Counted from the whole stretch's first letter, positions 38,450 through 51,296 are shown. The stretch is 53,816 bases of DNA, filler included, from Basidiobolus ranarum (GCA_040143965.1; 2 parts of 2 records of this genome joined end to end with filler, not necessarily neighbours in it), one strand, 5' to 3'. Translations and numbers: made by a program. The notes: generated by a model from the sequence alone, not told the origin.

Positions 38450-39500
38450 CTCAATACTGACAATGATTTTTGTTTGTTGTGGAATAGTGAGTGCCCCAAA
38501 ATCAATGAAATTGTGCAGAGTCACTGATTTTGAGTAGATGATATGCAATTGTCAGATTATCAATGACTTACCTCAGCCTGTTCTTATTAGGATTAACACC
38601 TCTAAAAATACCTTATTAAGTTCCAAGGGATTTTCTTTTCAAACTTCTTATGCGATACAAGTCGTGTATCTTTTCCAGTCATAATGCCAAGAATATGCTC
38701 TCGGGTTGTTTGTGGTTTGGTGGAAACAATTAAAATCTAGTATAATTCAGTCAGATTCAGTAGCAATATTGTAAGCAAATCTTAATAAAGCCTACTTCAT
38801 CGTCAACTAGATTATTAACCATGGTGGATGTGCCTGTGTTGACTGCACCGACAACCGCTACATGAAGTAAACATGTGTTCAATGGTTGCTCGATATTTTC
38901 ATAAACCTTAGGTAGTTTCACTCGCATCTCAATTGTATAACATATGAGAAGATCATTGGAGGGAAAGTTTTGTTAAATTTGTAAATACCTAGTTGTGAAG
39001 ATCACTTGACCAGTTCTAGAGACCAGTGGTGGAGGTTTGTATGTTTTGCTTTGAACATTTTTGGGTTTCCTTGAGTAGGAGCTGACTGGACAATGTTTTG
39101 AGAAGAGATGTGTTTTATTGAAGATATTTTTCCCTCATTCAAGTTCAAAATTTCCCTTGACTTTCTCCCAAGTTGGCTGGGGTTTTCTGTAAGAAGTGTT
39201 TATGGTTGATATCAAAGGTTTATCCCTATTTATACTATCCTCCAGCCTTTTGAAATTCCTCACTTTACATATCTTTTTGTAAAGGGGTTTCCAATGATAT
39301 GCCTGCTCTTTGCTCGAGACATAATCCCGTATTGTCTAGTTGTAGTGTAGAATGCGACGTTCGAAAAAATAGTCACATATCATGGAGTTTATCATGTGGA
39401 ACAAAAAGATCAAAACGAGTGAGAGTGTGCTGACTCTTACTGCCAGTCGTAAGTGCCATCCTTAATGTCTCTTTCAAAGTAGAAGATTTTTATCTACTAA
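38450..39500 (-). mobile_element. Degenerate copia integrase remnant
   Basis: Colinear minus-strand echoes of NGGEY (about 39130), AVNTA (about 38835-38845), LF..KP (about 38720) and CIFLG (about 38690). Frames are broken. Confidence 0.45.
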
Positions 39501-39845
39501 ATATGGATAAATATCGAAACTACTTAGGATGTTCCTTAATGTAAATAAATCTATTATTCTAATGTTTTGCCTGTTGTTTCAGTGCCATCACTTTGTCCAA
39601 TCAAGGTCCTGTTTCTATGCTGGTGGAGGTAGAATAATGTGAAACTACGGCTTTTGCCTTCCGCATGTATGTAAATATTTCAATATAATAATGATTAGTC
39701 TAAGATGATGAATTCCTATAGTAATGAAGTCAAACAGCTTAGTGCACTCATACACAACATAATTTAGATACTACTCAGTTTAGAGTAAACAGGTATCAAA
39801 TGAGTATGGTGATGTATGATAGCAGTGATGTCAATGCATACTATG

Positions 39846-40260
39846 TTAGACCCTCGAAGTCTCCATTGTGACATATAGTGACACGAACGTGAGCAAGAGC
39901 CTTTTCTTTGAGAGCCACGCTTCACTGATGCTCGATATGGTTCCGGTCGTCTGTTCAGAGGAGATGTTAATCCAGTTGGAGTTTACAGTAGGATCGTTCA
40001 GAGTAAAACACTTCTAAGGACAAAGATCAACAATTTCATCATCAACAAACGTTAATATTACCCTTATTTTCACCGCAAGTAGGTAATGTAATAATGGAAG
40101 TAGGTGAGAAATGAGCAGTAAAAATGGTACTTGCCAAATCAGTAAGTTCGGGGAATTTGAGAATAATAATACTGTACACGCAGAGATGAAAGATATCTCC
40201 ATCAGGAAGCTGGTTGATACGAATGGTAGGAACGTTGAGGGGGAAATAGTTTGGATCCAT
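39846..40260 (-). CDS. Tentative small 3-exon membrane protein
   Basis: Three short frames can be joined through two plausible 43-48-nt GT-AG introns into MDPNYFPL...PFLLLISHLLPLLHYLLAVKIR-KCFTLNDP...SRV*. No known family. Confidence 0.25.
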
Positions 40261-40725
40261 TTCAGCCTTAGGAAGTCGTTGTCAGTTGCTTCACTTAAAA
40301 AACAAATGCTTCATCAGAGGTAGCCGGCGAGTGTTTAGAATTGTGGTATCAATATCAAAGCCAAATCTACGCATTGGTTTTCACCCGGATCCCCATTCCC
40401 TAAATCGCAGATTATGGTTTTTATGCATTAAAACCAATTTATGCCTAAAAGCTAAATAAATTATATGGTTTGATTGACAAATTCGTTCCAACAATAGTGG
40501 TATGCAAAGGGCCAAGTAATATGCCTACCTCTGCCCGAGAATCAAGTTAACAATGATTAGGCTCGCTCTTTACTGCAGAGTAAAATTCACGAACTCTTTA
40601 GGCAACGTATCTACCGTTAAACCAGTCCTCAATATAAATACAAATGGCACCGTCTACAACAGGAATCTCCAGAGTTCCTCTCTTCACAACATCACTAATC
40701 ATTCGAGATCATACCCTTAAGAATT

Positions 40726-41847
40726 ATGTATTCAAAGACAGTCCTGTCAGTTACTTCAGTTATTATGTTTATTGGGGTGCATGGTGCCAAGTTCGATTAT
40801 TGCAAAGAAGAATTCGCCAAAAGTACCTCAAACTGTCGAATGTTCGACTTTCCGGTTAGAGCACAGTCTTTGTGCGCACCAAAACTTCCCTCAAATTATC
40901 GCATGACCCTTCAGATGGAGACAATCGATCCTAGAACAAAAAAAATGATTCGACTGATAACTAACGTATTTGAACACGCTAGCAAAATCATTAATTATGG
41001 TTTCTGTGAGAATATTGGAGATCAGCGTGGATTTACATGTGGCACCGTTGGCTTCACCACTGGGACCGGTGACCTGTACACCGTGGTAGAGGAGTATGAA
41101 AAACGGCTAGGGGCAGAAACCGGATTCTCAAAGTACCGTCCAGAGCTTCGAAAGCTAGCAAGCCATTCTGATTGTAGTATTCCAGACGGGGATGTTAGTA
41201 AATTGGCTGCTTTTGCAGAATTATGGAAGCGAGAGTCATGTTTGTCGGAGTTTCGCAGCGTTCAGGATGATGTTGCAGATACGATTTATTATTTACCAGC
41301 AGTGCAATTGGCAGCTGAGGCAGGTGTTACTTCAAGCCTTGGCAAAGCGATATTTTATGATACAGCAGTTCAACATGGATGGGAGGAGGACGACGGCTTG
41401 AGTCTACTGACAATCATCAACCTTACAGGTCCAAAGGCTACTTCTAGCGAGCAAGAATATTTAGAGCGATTCCTGGTTGTGCGAAGAAAATTGTTGTGTT
41501 GTTATCCAGATGATGTTTGGCCTGATTCCGCTGATAGAGTCAGTGACTTGATGGATCTTGCACGCCTGGGTGATCTCGAGTTCAAAAACACTATACGACT
41601 GAATGCTTACGAAACAACGATCACGGGTAAAGAAGATTTATTTGTTCCCTGTGCAAATCCCCCTAGTAGGCCCTCCGTTCCAGACACAGGTCTTGAACCA
41701 TTCCGTAATCGGACACCAACCAACGAGGTTAAATCTGTCCCTGGCGAAGAATTTGATCTTCCCTATGATGCGTTGTCAACAGGGATGCGAACCTTGCCAA
41801 CGATCGCTTTCTCTCTACTCATCATTGCTACCTCATTTGGGCTCTAA
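40726..41847 (+). CDS. GH46 family chitosanase, secreted and probably GPI-anchored, intronless
   Basis: Signal peptide. ITNVFE and ENIGDQRGFTCGTVGFTTGTGD correspond to the GH46 motif IGDGRGYTxGxxGFxxGTGD with catalytic Glu and Asp. Also YDTAVQHG, a Pro-rich linker and a hydrophobic C-terminus. Confidence 0.9.
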   Translation: MYSKTVLSVTSVIMFIGVHGAKFDYCKEEFAKSTSNCRMFDFPVRAQSLCAPKLPSNYRMTLQMETIDPRTKKMIRLITNVFEHASKIINYGFCENIGDQRGFTCGTVGFTTGTGDLYTVVEEYEKRLGAETGFSKYRPELRKLASHSDCSIPDGDVSKLAAFAELWKRESCLSEFRSVQDDVADTIYYLPAVQLAAEAGVTSSLGKAIFYDTAVQHGWEEDDGLSLLTIINLTGPKATSSEQEYLERFLVVRRKLLCCYPDDVWPDSADRVSDLMDLARLGDLEFKNTIRLNAYETTITGKEDLFVPCANPPSRPSVPDTGLEPFRNRTPTNEVKSVPGEEFDLPYDALSTGMRTLPTIAFSLLIIATSFGL

Positions 41848-42238
41848 TAGCATCCAGACTCCTGTTTATTACTACTATTATTACAAATATTTATATTATT
41901 TATCACTCTTATGTTGATAAGTATTAAGATTTCTTTGTACCTTTCATTAATATGACGTAACATAGAATTAAATCACTGGGTCGTCAATAGTTGGTCGACA
42001 TAGCAACGTCACCGTTTTGTTTTATGATAAGATGACGTTCAAGGATATTTGAATGGGTTTGTGATATTGATTGTTATTAGCATTCAATACTGAATTAGAC
42101 AAAAAGTGGGCGGTGACAAGATAATTCTTAATGTCGTAAGCGGTCTTACTTGATTGGTGTATACGATCACTTGGTTGAAATATAAATACATGGTGGGAAG
42201 CTATCCTGCTTGCCAAGCCACTTTTACAATTGAACAAT

Positions 42239-42619
42239 ATGCCCCGCGGTACTCTACACATCTTTGCTATCGAAGGCAAAAGCTTGAAAAATGTCGAATT
42301 TCTCGGTAAAAGCGATCCGTACTTGGTACTCCACGTTGATAGCGCCTATAAGCAACAAACCGATTCCAAGAAAGACACTCTAAATCCCGCCTGGCAACAA
42401 AGGTTCACCTTCGATATCTACGAAGGCAACAATGAATTACTACTGGAATGCTTTGATAAGGAAAGTCACGGTAAAGATGAGCTTATCGGCTCTACTTCCA
42501 TTCCACTTGATGAAGTCTTTGGTACCGACACTGAAGTAGACAAATGGTATACTATTCAGGATAAAAAAGGGAAAGACTGTGGTGAAATTCACTTGGCTCT
42601 GAAATTCGCTCGTCAGTAA
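42239..42619 (+). CDS. Stand-alone single C2-domain protein (126 aa)
   Basis: GTLHIFAIEGKSL, GKSDPYL, TLNPAWQQRFTF, ECFDKE...DELIG and GEIHLALKF. Confidence 0.9.
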   Translation: MPRGTLHIFAIEGKSLKNVEFLGKSDPYLVLHVDSAYKQQTDSKKDTLNPAWQQRFTFDIYEGNNELLLECFDKESHGKDELIGSTSIPLDEVFGTDTEVDKWYTIQDKKGKDCGEIHLALKFARQ

Positions 42620-43154
42620 ATGCTATGTTTAGTATAAAAATAAAATACATAATTATTACTTATTTAGCATGTCAATTTAGTTTACTGTTTTGCATTTGGC
42701 TTCAATAATAATTAGATTAACATTGCCAAAAAAAACTACATCTGAGTAGAAAGCTCATAAAATTTAATTTATTGTTTAGTTTATGGCATAATGGGGAAGA
42801 TGCCTCCATAGTTTCTGGGGAAAGATGGTGAGAGTGAAAAGATAAACTGAATTGCCATCATTTCACCCCATCGCTCAAATTTACTGCCCGCATCACGTGA
42901 CTAAATATGAGTCCCCAATCTTAATTCCCCAACAACGTGTGGAGATGAACGTTTTGTTGTAGTTCGTTCAATCCACTGTTTGTGCCCAACGAAAGTTTTC
43001 AAAGGTATCGTCAGATTTATTACCTTTTTTTTTGAATTGATTAGACTATTAGGAAATATCTTTGTACTTTCTATTACTTGAACTCTACCTCGGTTCTTTA
43101 ACGTATCAAACACATTCCCTAACAATTACCTCTTTGATTTAACTACTATAGAAA

Positions 43155-44019
43155 ATGGCTTCCAGATTAACTACCAGAACTATTCCTGGTATGTATTATT
43201 AGTAAACACGGATTCGTGGCACTTTCGAAACTTTTACTCATTAACAACCATTCTAGCCCTCAGAAATCTTGCAACGACCTCTTCTGTCGCTGCTAGACGC
43301 TCTGTCGCTTCTACCATGGTCAGAAACTACGCCACCACCAAAGAAGGTTTGATATTCTCTTTCGGGCTGTTATTAGAATTGAAGCTAATTCTTAGCATAT
43401 ATCTTTAGAGAAGCAAGTCGAGCCTCAACAAAAAGCCCAAAGCATCATTGATGCACTTCCCGGAAACTCTTTCATCAGTAAGACTGGATACATCACCGTC
43501 GGTGCTGGTATCATCACCTGGGCTATTTCCAAGGAGATTTATGTTTTCAATGAAGAAACTTTGGTTTTGGGTTCCTTCATCGGTATGGTTACCTATCTTC
43601 TTAAGATCATGAAGCAACCCTACAACGAATGGGCTGAGGGTCATATTAACCGAGTTCGGGATATTCTGGTCCAAGCTCGTGAAGAACACAAAGTTAGTGT
43701 CAATGAAAGAGTCGAGGATGTTAACCAACTTCAAGACATCGTTGATGTTACCAAGAACCTGTTCATCATGTCCAAGGAAATGGCCCGCCTTGAAGCTGAA
43801 GCATTCGAACTTAAGCAATCCGCCGCTGTTTCAGGCGAAATCAAGAGCGTTCTCGACTCTTGGGTTAGATATGAAAACTCAGTTCGCGAGAGAGAACAAA
43901 AGGAACTCGCTGAAAGTGTTATTGAGGCAGTCAAGGCTCGTCTCACTGACCCCAAGACTCAAGATGAAATCCTCGCCCAATGCTTTACCGATGTTCAAAG
44001 AATTGCCGCTAGAGCTTAA
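43155..44019 (+). CDS. ATP4: Mitochondrial ATP synthase Fo subunit b (exons 43155-43188, 43257-43346, 43409-44019)
   Basis: Arg-rich presequence, KAQSIIDALPGNS, ISKEIYVFNEET and KSVLDSWVRYE..VRE.EQ. Confidence 0.95.
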
Positions 44020-44322
44020 CTTTCCTTGGTAAATCTTTCCACTTGTTTGTTAACCATTTTACATACTTTCGCATCATATGGTCCAAAGTGAATCCACAGT
44101 TCCTGGATCCCGTCTTAACTACGATCAATGATTACATTTAATTAAAGATTTAAAGTTATTCACACACTCACACACACTTGCACTCCAAACTACAATGACA
44201 TGAATCATTTCATTTTGTATATTTATTCTGTAATGCTCTATTTGTCATGCTTTCTACAAGTTACTTTGGATCAGATATTTAAGGACATTGGAGAGATGAG
44301 TAAGTTTAGCTTGGTTTCACAT

Positions 44323-45355
44323 TCATGTTTCAGTACTAGAGGAGGCAATTGCTGCAGGCTCGTATATTTTGGTACGTATGTACTCGCGTATATCATTGGT
44401 ATCGGCATTCAAAATATCTTCCAAATAGGACTTCACGTTTAGCAATTCCTTGTCATTTTCGTCACCTTTGACGAATTCGCGTAAGCATATATGATTGTGG
44501 GGCTGGAGCTGGCCTTTGTGTTCACTATCATCAATTAGGATTGTATTGGTACTGTTCCAATGAGGATATTTTTCCCATACCCAAGATAAATCCTTAACCA
44601 CCTTGACTTTGCGATAATAGTTACTTTGACTTAAACGGAGGTGGGTTCTATTCCAGGCATTTATAAGTAGAGAATGTCGTTGTTGAAATACATGAAGAAC
44701 CATTCGGTTAACATTATCGGGCATAGCGGAACTCCAAACCAGTACTGAAAAATTTTCCAAAATAAAGTCCACAAATTCGGGTACAAAGGGTCTTAGGTAG
44801 ATGGCTTTGGTTTGTTTGTTACGGACTCTAAGCTCATGTTGAGACGAGATTAAAACGAGAAATATAAAGTATTGGACTATTTGACAAGACTTACAGCAGT
44901 GTACCATTGAGATCGAGGATTAACAAATTTTTATGTAAATCGGTTTTGGTAGTTAAACATTTGAATACTAGCTTGGTAGAGTTGGTTTTACCATATGACT
45001 TATTTGCTGGCTTAGATGATGGCCTAGTGATATTTTCCGTTTTTCTACTTCCACCCTCTTTGTCAATTTGTTTAGTGACAATAACCCTTCTAGGTGGATT
45101 CCTACATTTTGTACTCTTTACTTTTTCTTTTTCAGTGTGGATTTCTCCAGTTTTTTCAGAGGAAAAGGATATATTGGCCAATTGGCGAGTTATCTCTCCT
45201 GTTCCATCGTTGAGACTAACCTTACTAAGGTTAGATTCTACTTGCGGATTATCCATCGACAGATGTATAGCTCTACCAGCAAGTATAAAGGGAGAATTTG
45301 AACGTGTAGAGAATAAATTAAAATTCCAGAATCGAGCTTTAGCTAAAAGTGACAT
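44323..45355 (-). CDS. FCP1/NIF-type HAD-superfamily protein with DLNGTL motif (intron about 44894-44828)
   Basis: LLILDLNGTLL-VR...YLRPFV..F, VWSSA...NV, AWNR..L, VKDLSWVW, NTILIDDS..K...QPHN and DKEL. Confidence 0.85.
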
Positions 45356-45499
45356 TCTCGTGAGAACAGCTGCACAATTGATCAACCATTAATTCCCTAA
45401 TATCAACAACATGTTGCTTCTGGCCAATCAAGTGGATCATGCACCCTGCAAAAAAAGAAGCATATTGCAACAGGATGGAAGTTTGATTCTTTTATCATT

Positions 45500-46300
45500 G
45501 TGACCAACCCCAATGGTCACCGTGATAGAAGGCACTGCAAAGGGATCCAAGGGTCTTCTCCAGTTCAAATATGGCTTTAAGAAAGCACTAAGCAATTTTC
45601 AACAATCTGGTTGGACGCATGCAATATAACCAGATTTCTTCACATTTCCCTGCTGCTGTTCATTTGATCTACAATGAGCATGATTTATATATACAGATAC
45701 ACATCGATTGTGTGGCTGTACCTAATGAATGAATGGGTGGATTCAATTGATTGCGAGACTCTAACACCCCAAATGTTTTAGAAGCAGTAGGACAGGGAGA
45801 GGTATTCCCGATAACGCTGAATATGGTGTATGCAGGGTGGGTAACTCAGAACAAGTTTATCTCTGGAGCTTGGCAGACCTCAAACTAGCAGTTCAATACA
45901 GCCACAATATAGTTGTCACCAGCAACCCAAACCAGCATTCATTAGTCTAAGAAATGTTGAAGTCCATCTTGTTTAAAAGCCCTCACCATCTAGACTACGT
46001 TACTGCCACTTGCCCTTTCCAATAGAACAAGCTCAACTTGGATTGCGTATAGCGGGAACTCGTGTGTTCTACGATTGCCATACATCGCAGTAACTAGTAT
46101 ATAGAGTTGATTCAAATCTAACCAGTATATCAAGACATTGTGATTCCAACATAGCTGCCTTGTTACGATGAAACTTGGCCAACGATGTTCATCCAGAAAT
46201 TGCCACTTGATGTTACTCCTCGTGTCCTATGCTGAAGACTCATCTTCTGTCTGGTGTGACACTCACTTGAAACCGTACTGCCAATGTAGTGAGGCTCGCA
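45500..46300 (+). mobile_element. Possible decayed gypsy integrase remnant
   Basis: KFISGAW (QFxSxFW-like, about 45850) followed by QFNTA...T...TS (AYNT...T..SP-like, about 45890-45940). Confidence 0.3.
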
Positions 46301-49300
46301 TGATGAAAATCCGATTTCATTTTGTATGTATTACGACTACAATTTGAACGATACCTATAGGGTTTAACCCCAAACTCCATATACAAATTGAAACCAAACC
46401 ATCACTAACGTAACCTACAAATCTTCCATGAGAGACACAATGATTTACTAAAGAAAGGGTAATAGCCCCTAATCGTAGATATTCTTTCGGGACTTCCATT
46501 CCCACAACCAAGTCTAGATAAGTTAGCGTTGTAAGCAGTGGTGGTACACATAAATATACGAAAACTTCAATCTTTGCCTGTATTTGCAAGATCAGGTGAT
46601 TTATAAATACGCCCATATGAAGAACCCACCATTTATAGCATTTTCGCCAATAAAGTAAATATTGTACGTCGGAGAAAAGACGAGAAGAGGAACATTTGCT
46701 CACATTACACAGGGTGGTTTGTGTTTCTGACTTGGGCGGGTTAATTGAGTAACCTTTTAATTTGGGGACATCTCAGACTGGTGCTCATTTTTATGACAGA
46801 ACCAGTGATGGAGAAACGGAGAATATATCGCAAATACTCTACAAAACCATAATAATTAGTTCAGAGTGACGCAAAGAATGGTGAATTGGAAGCTACGGAT
46901 ACTTTGCAATGGTACAAGGGATACTGAGCAATTCCACGCTGTGTCGAGAGATCACAATAGATAGAACATTACTGAGTGACTGCCCAGGATTGAGATGGTT
47001 AAGGGTGCCATGGGTGCTTCGGGTGCTATGAATGTTTCTCATTCTTTAGGTTAAACCGTGTTGATTGTGAAACATTTCTATCTATCGTCATCTTGACAGA
47101 GTAAATTAGACTCTACGTTAGTTATATGTTCCTTAATATCGATGCAATGACACCACTGTAGCAACCTTCAGATATCAGTATTCTCCACCTCTTCTACACT
47201 GTTGGCCAATACTCTCCACCTCAATAGAAATTCACGTGTGATTTAATAAGTTATGCCACCATTAAAAGCGTAAAAGCGTAAAAGCGTAAATCCATTAATA
47301 ATCTGCAAAAGGAACCGAAAAGTATGGTTGATGCAAAAAGAGCTAAACGGAATCTATTTTTATTACTATCGGAATCTCGATAATTCTGATGGATTAAGAG
47401 ATAGCAACTTGATCAGCAACTTTTGCTGTATATAAGCAATTTCTTGTTTTCATGGATTATTTCCAAATCACTTCATCGGCTTTTAGCTGAAACTCATGAT
47501 AACTAATGGCTAGCTGGGTGGTTTTCACGGTTTTTGGTTTTCACGGTTTTCGCTGATAGCTAATTGGGACACTTAATCTCAATTAAGAACCAAAAGTACA
47601 TGTGCTCATAATGAGGTTACTGGAATGAACAAACCTAACCCTAACCCACTCCAATGAATATTCAACACATCCACTTATGTACTATGTAGTCATCAAACCC
47701 TGGCCAATGGACACCGGCAGGATCTCGATTAGATCTTCCATGAGCTGCAGTGTTAATCTTCTAGGCCTAGACCATTCTTTTCTTCATGCAAGTTGAGATA
47801 GCTAGATATCACTTCCTTATTTGGGCTCAATCAGCTCAATCCTGTATGTATGAATGTGGTGAATAGATGTCTGAACAAGCCAGCTCAATGGTATTCATCA
47901 CCACTTTCATATAAGGTATGAAAGCTGAACGAGCGAAGCTTCTACTGCTGCGATTATCAACGGAAGCCTCTTGTTTCACGTGGGTCCCTTGTGTAATTCA
48001 ACACCCCCTCATTTTTAATTTTGGGGAGTAATCCCCAGGGTTATGGCAGCTAAGTAGGATCAGGATGGGATCTTGCCTCCTCTCACTGCCTGTACGCCTA
48101 CACATGTACGCCTATACATTTCTTCATGAAAGGCCATCCAAACCTAGTCTATCAGTGATTCAGAATCCTCCAAAGAAATGGTGTACATCCAGACGTTATG
48201 GATCAAATGATATCATCTAGAGACATGAGCCAACGTTTTTGGCAATTGAGCTTCTGTTGAGCCTCAAGCATTAATTCATTCGTATTGTATGAGCGTCTAA
48301 TCTATGAGCGTATAATCGTTTGTATTGCATGAGCCGTCGATTCATTTATATTATATTACAGGAAGCTATCGATCAAGGATCAGAATGGCTTATCTGCAGC
48401 AATTGGGATTCTCTATCAGTAGAATTGCATTAGGCAATCTTTACACTTCATCTGGTGCGAATGTGTTGCGAATGTGTTGCGAATGTATGGGTTGCAAACT
48501 TAACCTTACCAGGTTGATTCCATGACCGATCCTGGAAACTTTCCCATTTTATCCCACTTTGAGAATCTTCGTAAATCTCTTTATAGGGAAATCCAAAGAT
48601 GGATGATTAGGTGTTAGAAGACGAGGAAGGTACATCAAACATATGGTCCATGAAAAATCTTAATAAGCAAGCGTACGACCTCGGGGCTTTCTAGTCAGAG
48701 AATGCGGACGCGGCTCCTACAGTACCCTCGATGTGTGCAATGGGTGTGTGCAATGGTATTCTATAAGATATGTGTATCGTGAATACTGAAACTAATCAAG
48801 TCAAATCACTGACGAATTACATTCCATTTTTAAGTAACGGATGGTTTAGCCTGTTACTCTTGCAAGCCACTTAAACCTTGTCTGAATTTAACCGATCACG
48901 GACAGAGTGGTGATCGATTCATTTATTTACCAAGCACGCCTTCCCCAACATTTCAAAACTCTCTCACCGATAGATCCCAAGGCTTTTACGTTCTTTGAAC
49001 ACGCTAGCCCCTAAAAAGGGTTGTTTAGTGACGGAGAGCAGTGGGAAGCGCACTTGTGATTAACTATATTGGCCAAAGACATATTATGCTATGAGCAGAC
49101 ACAGTCAGAGATCGTATCTGAGCCCATCATTGGCCCACCATGGCAATAGCACCCCAAAAACAAGTGATGGCAAGCGCTCCTTCATGTTAGGCCTAGGATG
49201 GTGGTGTAGATGGTAGGAATCAATAACGGTCGAAAGCAAGGCTGTTTTCCCATCAGTCATTGCACAGAGAGAAGAGCTCAGTCTATCAATTGATTTACTA

Positions 49301-49741
49301 TTCAGTTTGTCGATCCCGCTACTTGCAATGCTAAACATGTACGATGGTGATTTCTTCTTGGCCAATTCAGGTATATTCCTAGGCTGGAATGTTGGCGAAA
49401 TTATCCATGTTTTATAGAGGGATTTATTTCAGGTTTTCTATTCAATATATTATCCGACTTGTCTAGGAGCCGGTTGATACACCAAAACATAGGGTTATCA
49501 AGGGCAAGAAGGAGGCATTCCATATTGGGATTTATTTTAGATTCACCTTTTTTGGTTTCTTAACAAATTCACTCGTTGGAATCAACCAGTTTACAGGAAT
49601 CTCACATGAAATATAAAAGGATCATCCAAGCCTTTCAGTCATTCAAACTTCCCTTGTCCATTCTTTCCGTCCATTATTTATAATTCCTGATAAGCATCTC
49701 CACTATATTATCTAATCAACTCGAAAGGAAACGTTTTGAAA

Positions 49742-50653
49742 ATGATACACACTGGCGAAGACCACTCGAATGCGACTGCTGAAAACCAACTATTGTTTAA
49801 CTTCCACTCCGAAAGAAAGTCTAGCTTATCTATCACTACATCAGATGGCCAGGTCGTGAGTTTATTAAACGATGAACAACTATCTTATCATCCAGCTCCA
49901 TCATGTTCTGTATCATCTCCCTCACCCAGCATAGAGAACGAAGGCAGCGACTCTACCCCGGTTTCTTCACCACGAAAATCAAGCTTCGCAGGTGTAGAGA
50001 ATTCCTCCATCAATTCCAGAAGAAAATACAAATGCAGCTATCCCGGATGCTTTCGTAGCTTCACTACTAGGTATAGACTTGTCAAGTACTTATTTCCTAG
50101 TAAATCCAGTTACTAACCTTCTTCCATCTATAGTGGACATCTAGCTCGACATAATCGTATTCATACCGGAGAAAAGAACTTCCCCTGCTTAATGCCAGGA
50201 TGCCCATCAAGGTTCTCTAGACAAGACAATATGATGCAGCATTATCGCACACACTTGTCCTCCAAATCACGTCGAGGACATCGTCGATCAAGCGTATGCT
50301 CAGATATTAGTAAAGATAGCCATAGTTTGGGAGTGCAAGGGGATGTGAATTACTTTTTCTTTGAACATGCACCTCGTGGTATTCCCCGTTCTTTCCCATC
50401 AACACCAACAGATGATAGATTTCACCTTCCTAAGCTACCTTCAATCCAAGAGAGAAGAATGAGTGTCGATACGGCAGCACTTCCTCAATACTCACAAAAC
50501 AACTTCCCAGAAAGATATTTACCTCCCACCGATATATCTTTTTGCTTCAACTCCACAAACAACATACTCAATAGATCTAGACAGCATCTTGATCGAACCA
50601 AGCCAATTGGAGACATGAGTGCAGTGCACGATGCACTTCGCAACTATCCTTAA
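49742..50653 (+). CDS. NRG1: Nrg1/Nrg2-like C2H2 zinc-finger transcription factor (exons 49742-50070, 50134-50653)
   Basis: [57 protein letters not shown]. TATA-like tataaaa near 49612. Confidence 0.85.
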
Positions 50654-51135
50654 TTGCGGCTCATGGCAATGAAAGACTTGCAAGGTGGATTCATTCCCAC
50701 CTTAGCGAGTCTTGATGAGATTTTTATGTATTGTATTGAATTTCACTTTCTTATTTGTTCGGCTCCTTTTGTTTACATATCAAACATACTTTAACTTACA
50801 CACATTGTACAAAAGCATATCACATCTATTCCTTCCACTCATCGATTTGAAATCATTCTCATCACGCAACAATTTTGGGATAAATAAACCTTGTCTGCTT
50901 GGACAGCTTCGTTGCTCAAACAAAGTCCACATCGGAACTGGTATTTCCCGAGTAGTATGATGGCCATCGGCTACAAATGGTTCACACAGTTCTTGCTTGC
51001 TTTGCCAGCCCCGATTCAGTGACAGTCATCTTTCCACTTCTTTACTAAGGTGTGAAATGTCTCAACCTCAGCGATCATGCAAAGGGTCCATGGAGACCAA
51101 TGAAAGAGTTCATTTCGAATGAACACTGCATTAAT

Positions 51136-51296
51136 GATGTCTTGGATATGGTTTTCTTTGCAACGATCTCATTCACTAATTCTTTACCATAGAGCTTTGA
51201 TGTCCACCAACCCTTTAGCATAGAGCTTTAATGTCCACCAATCCTTTGCTATAGAGCACGCTTGGATATGTTTTGCTTTATGCACCGATTCACTAG
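51136..51296 (+). repeat. Composite local repeat: two ~35-nt direct repeats bracketing about 2.3 copies of a ~31-nt unit
   Basis: cttggatatg...attcacta at 51141 and 51261. catagagcttt[g/a]atgtccaccaa[c/t]ccttt at 51188 and 51219. Confidence 0.8.

Noticed and set aside
43405..45392. Long antisense or alternate-frame ORFs over ATP4 and the HAD gene (43405..43818, 43679..44032, 44907..45392)
   Set aside because: These are shadows of well-supported genes with no recognisable motifs. The same applies to those over SLM1, RPS24 and GSH2.
47263..48490. Short tandem repeats (TAAAAGCG x3, GGTTTTCACGGTTTT x2, TGCGAATGTGT x3)
   Set aside because: These look like ordinary slippage products with no evidence of function.
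4145..50653. U12-type (minor) introns
   Set aside because: Every intron I reconstructed has U2-type GT..AG ends, and no RTATCCTT donor coincides with an exon boundary.
51136..51296. CRISPR-like array
   Set aside because: Eukaryotic context, units are contiguous without unique spacers, and there are no cas genes.
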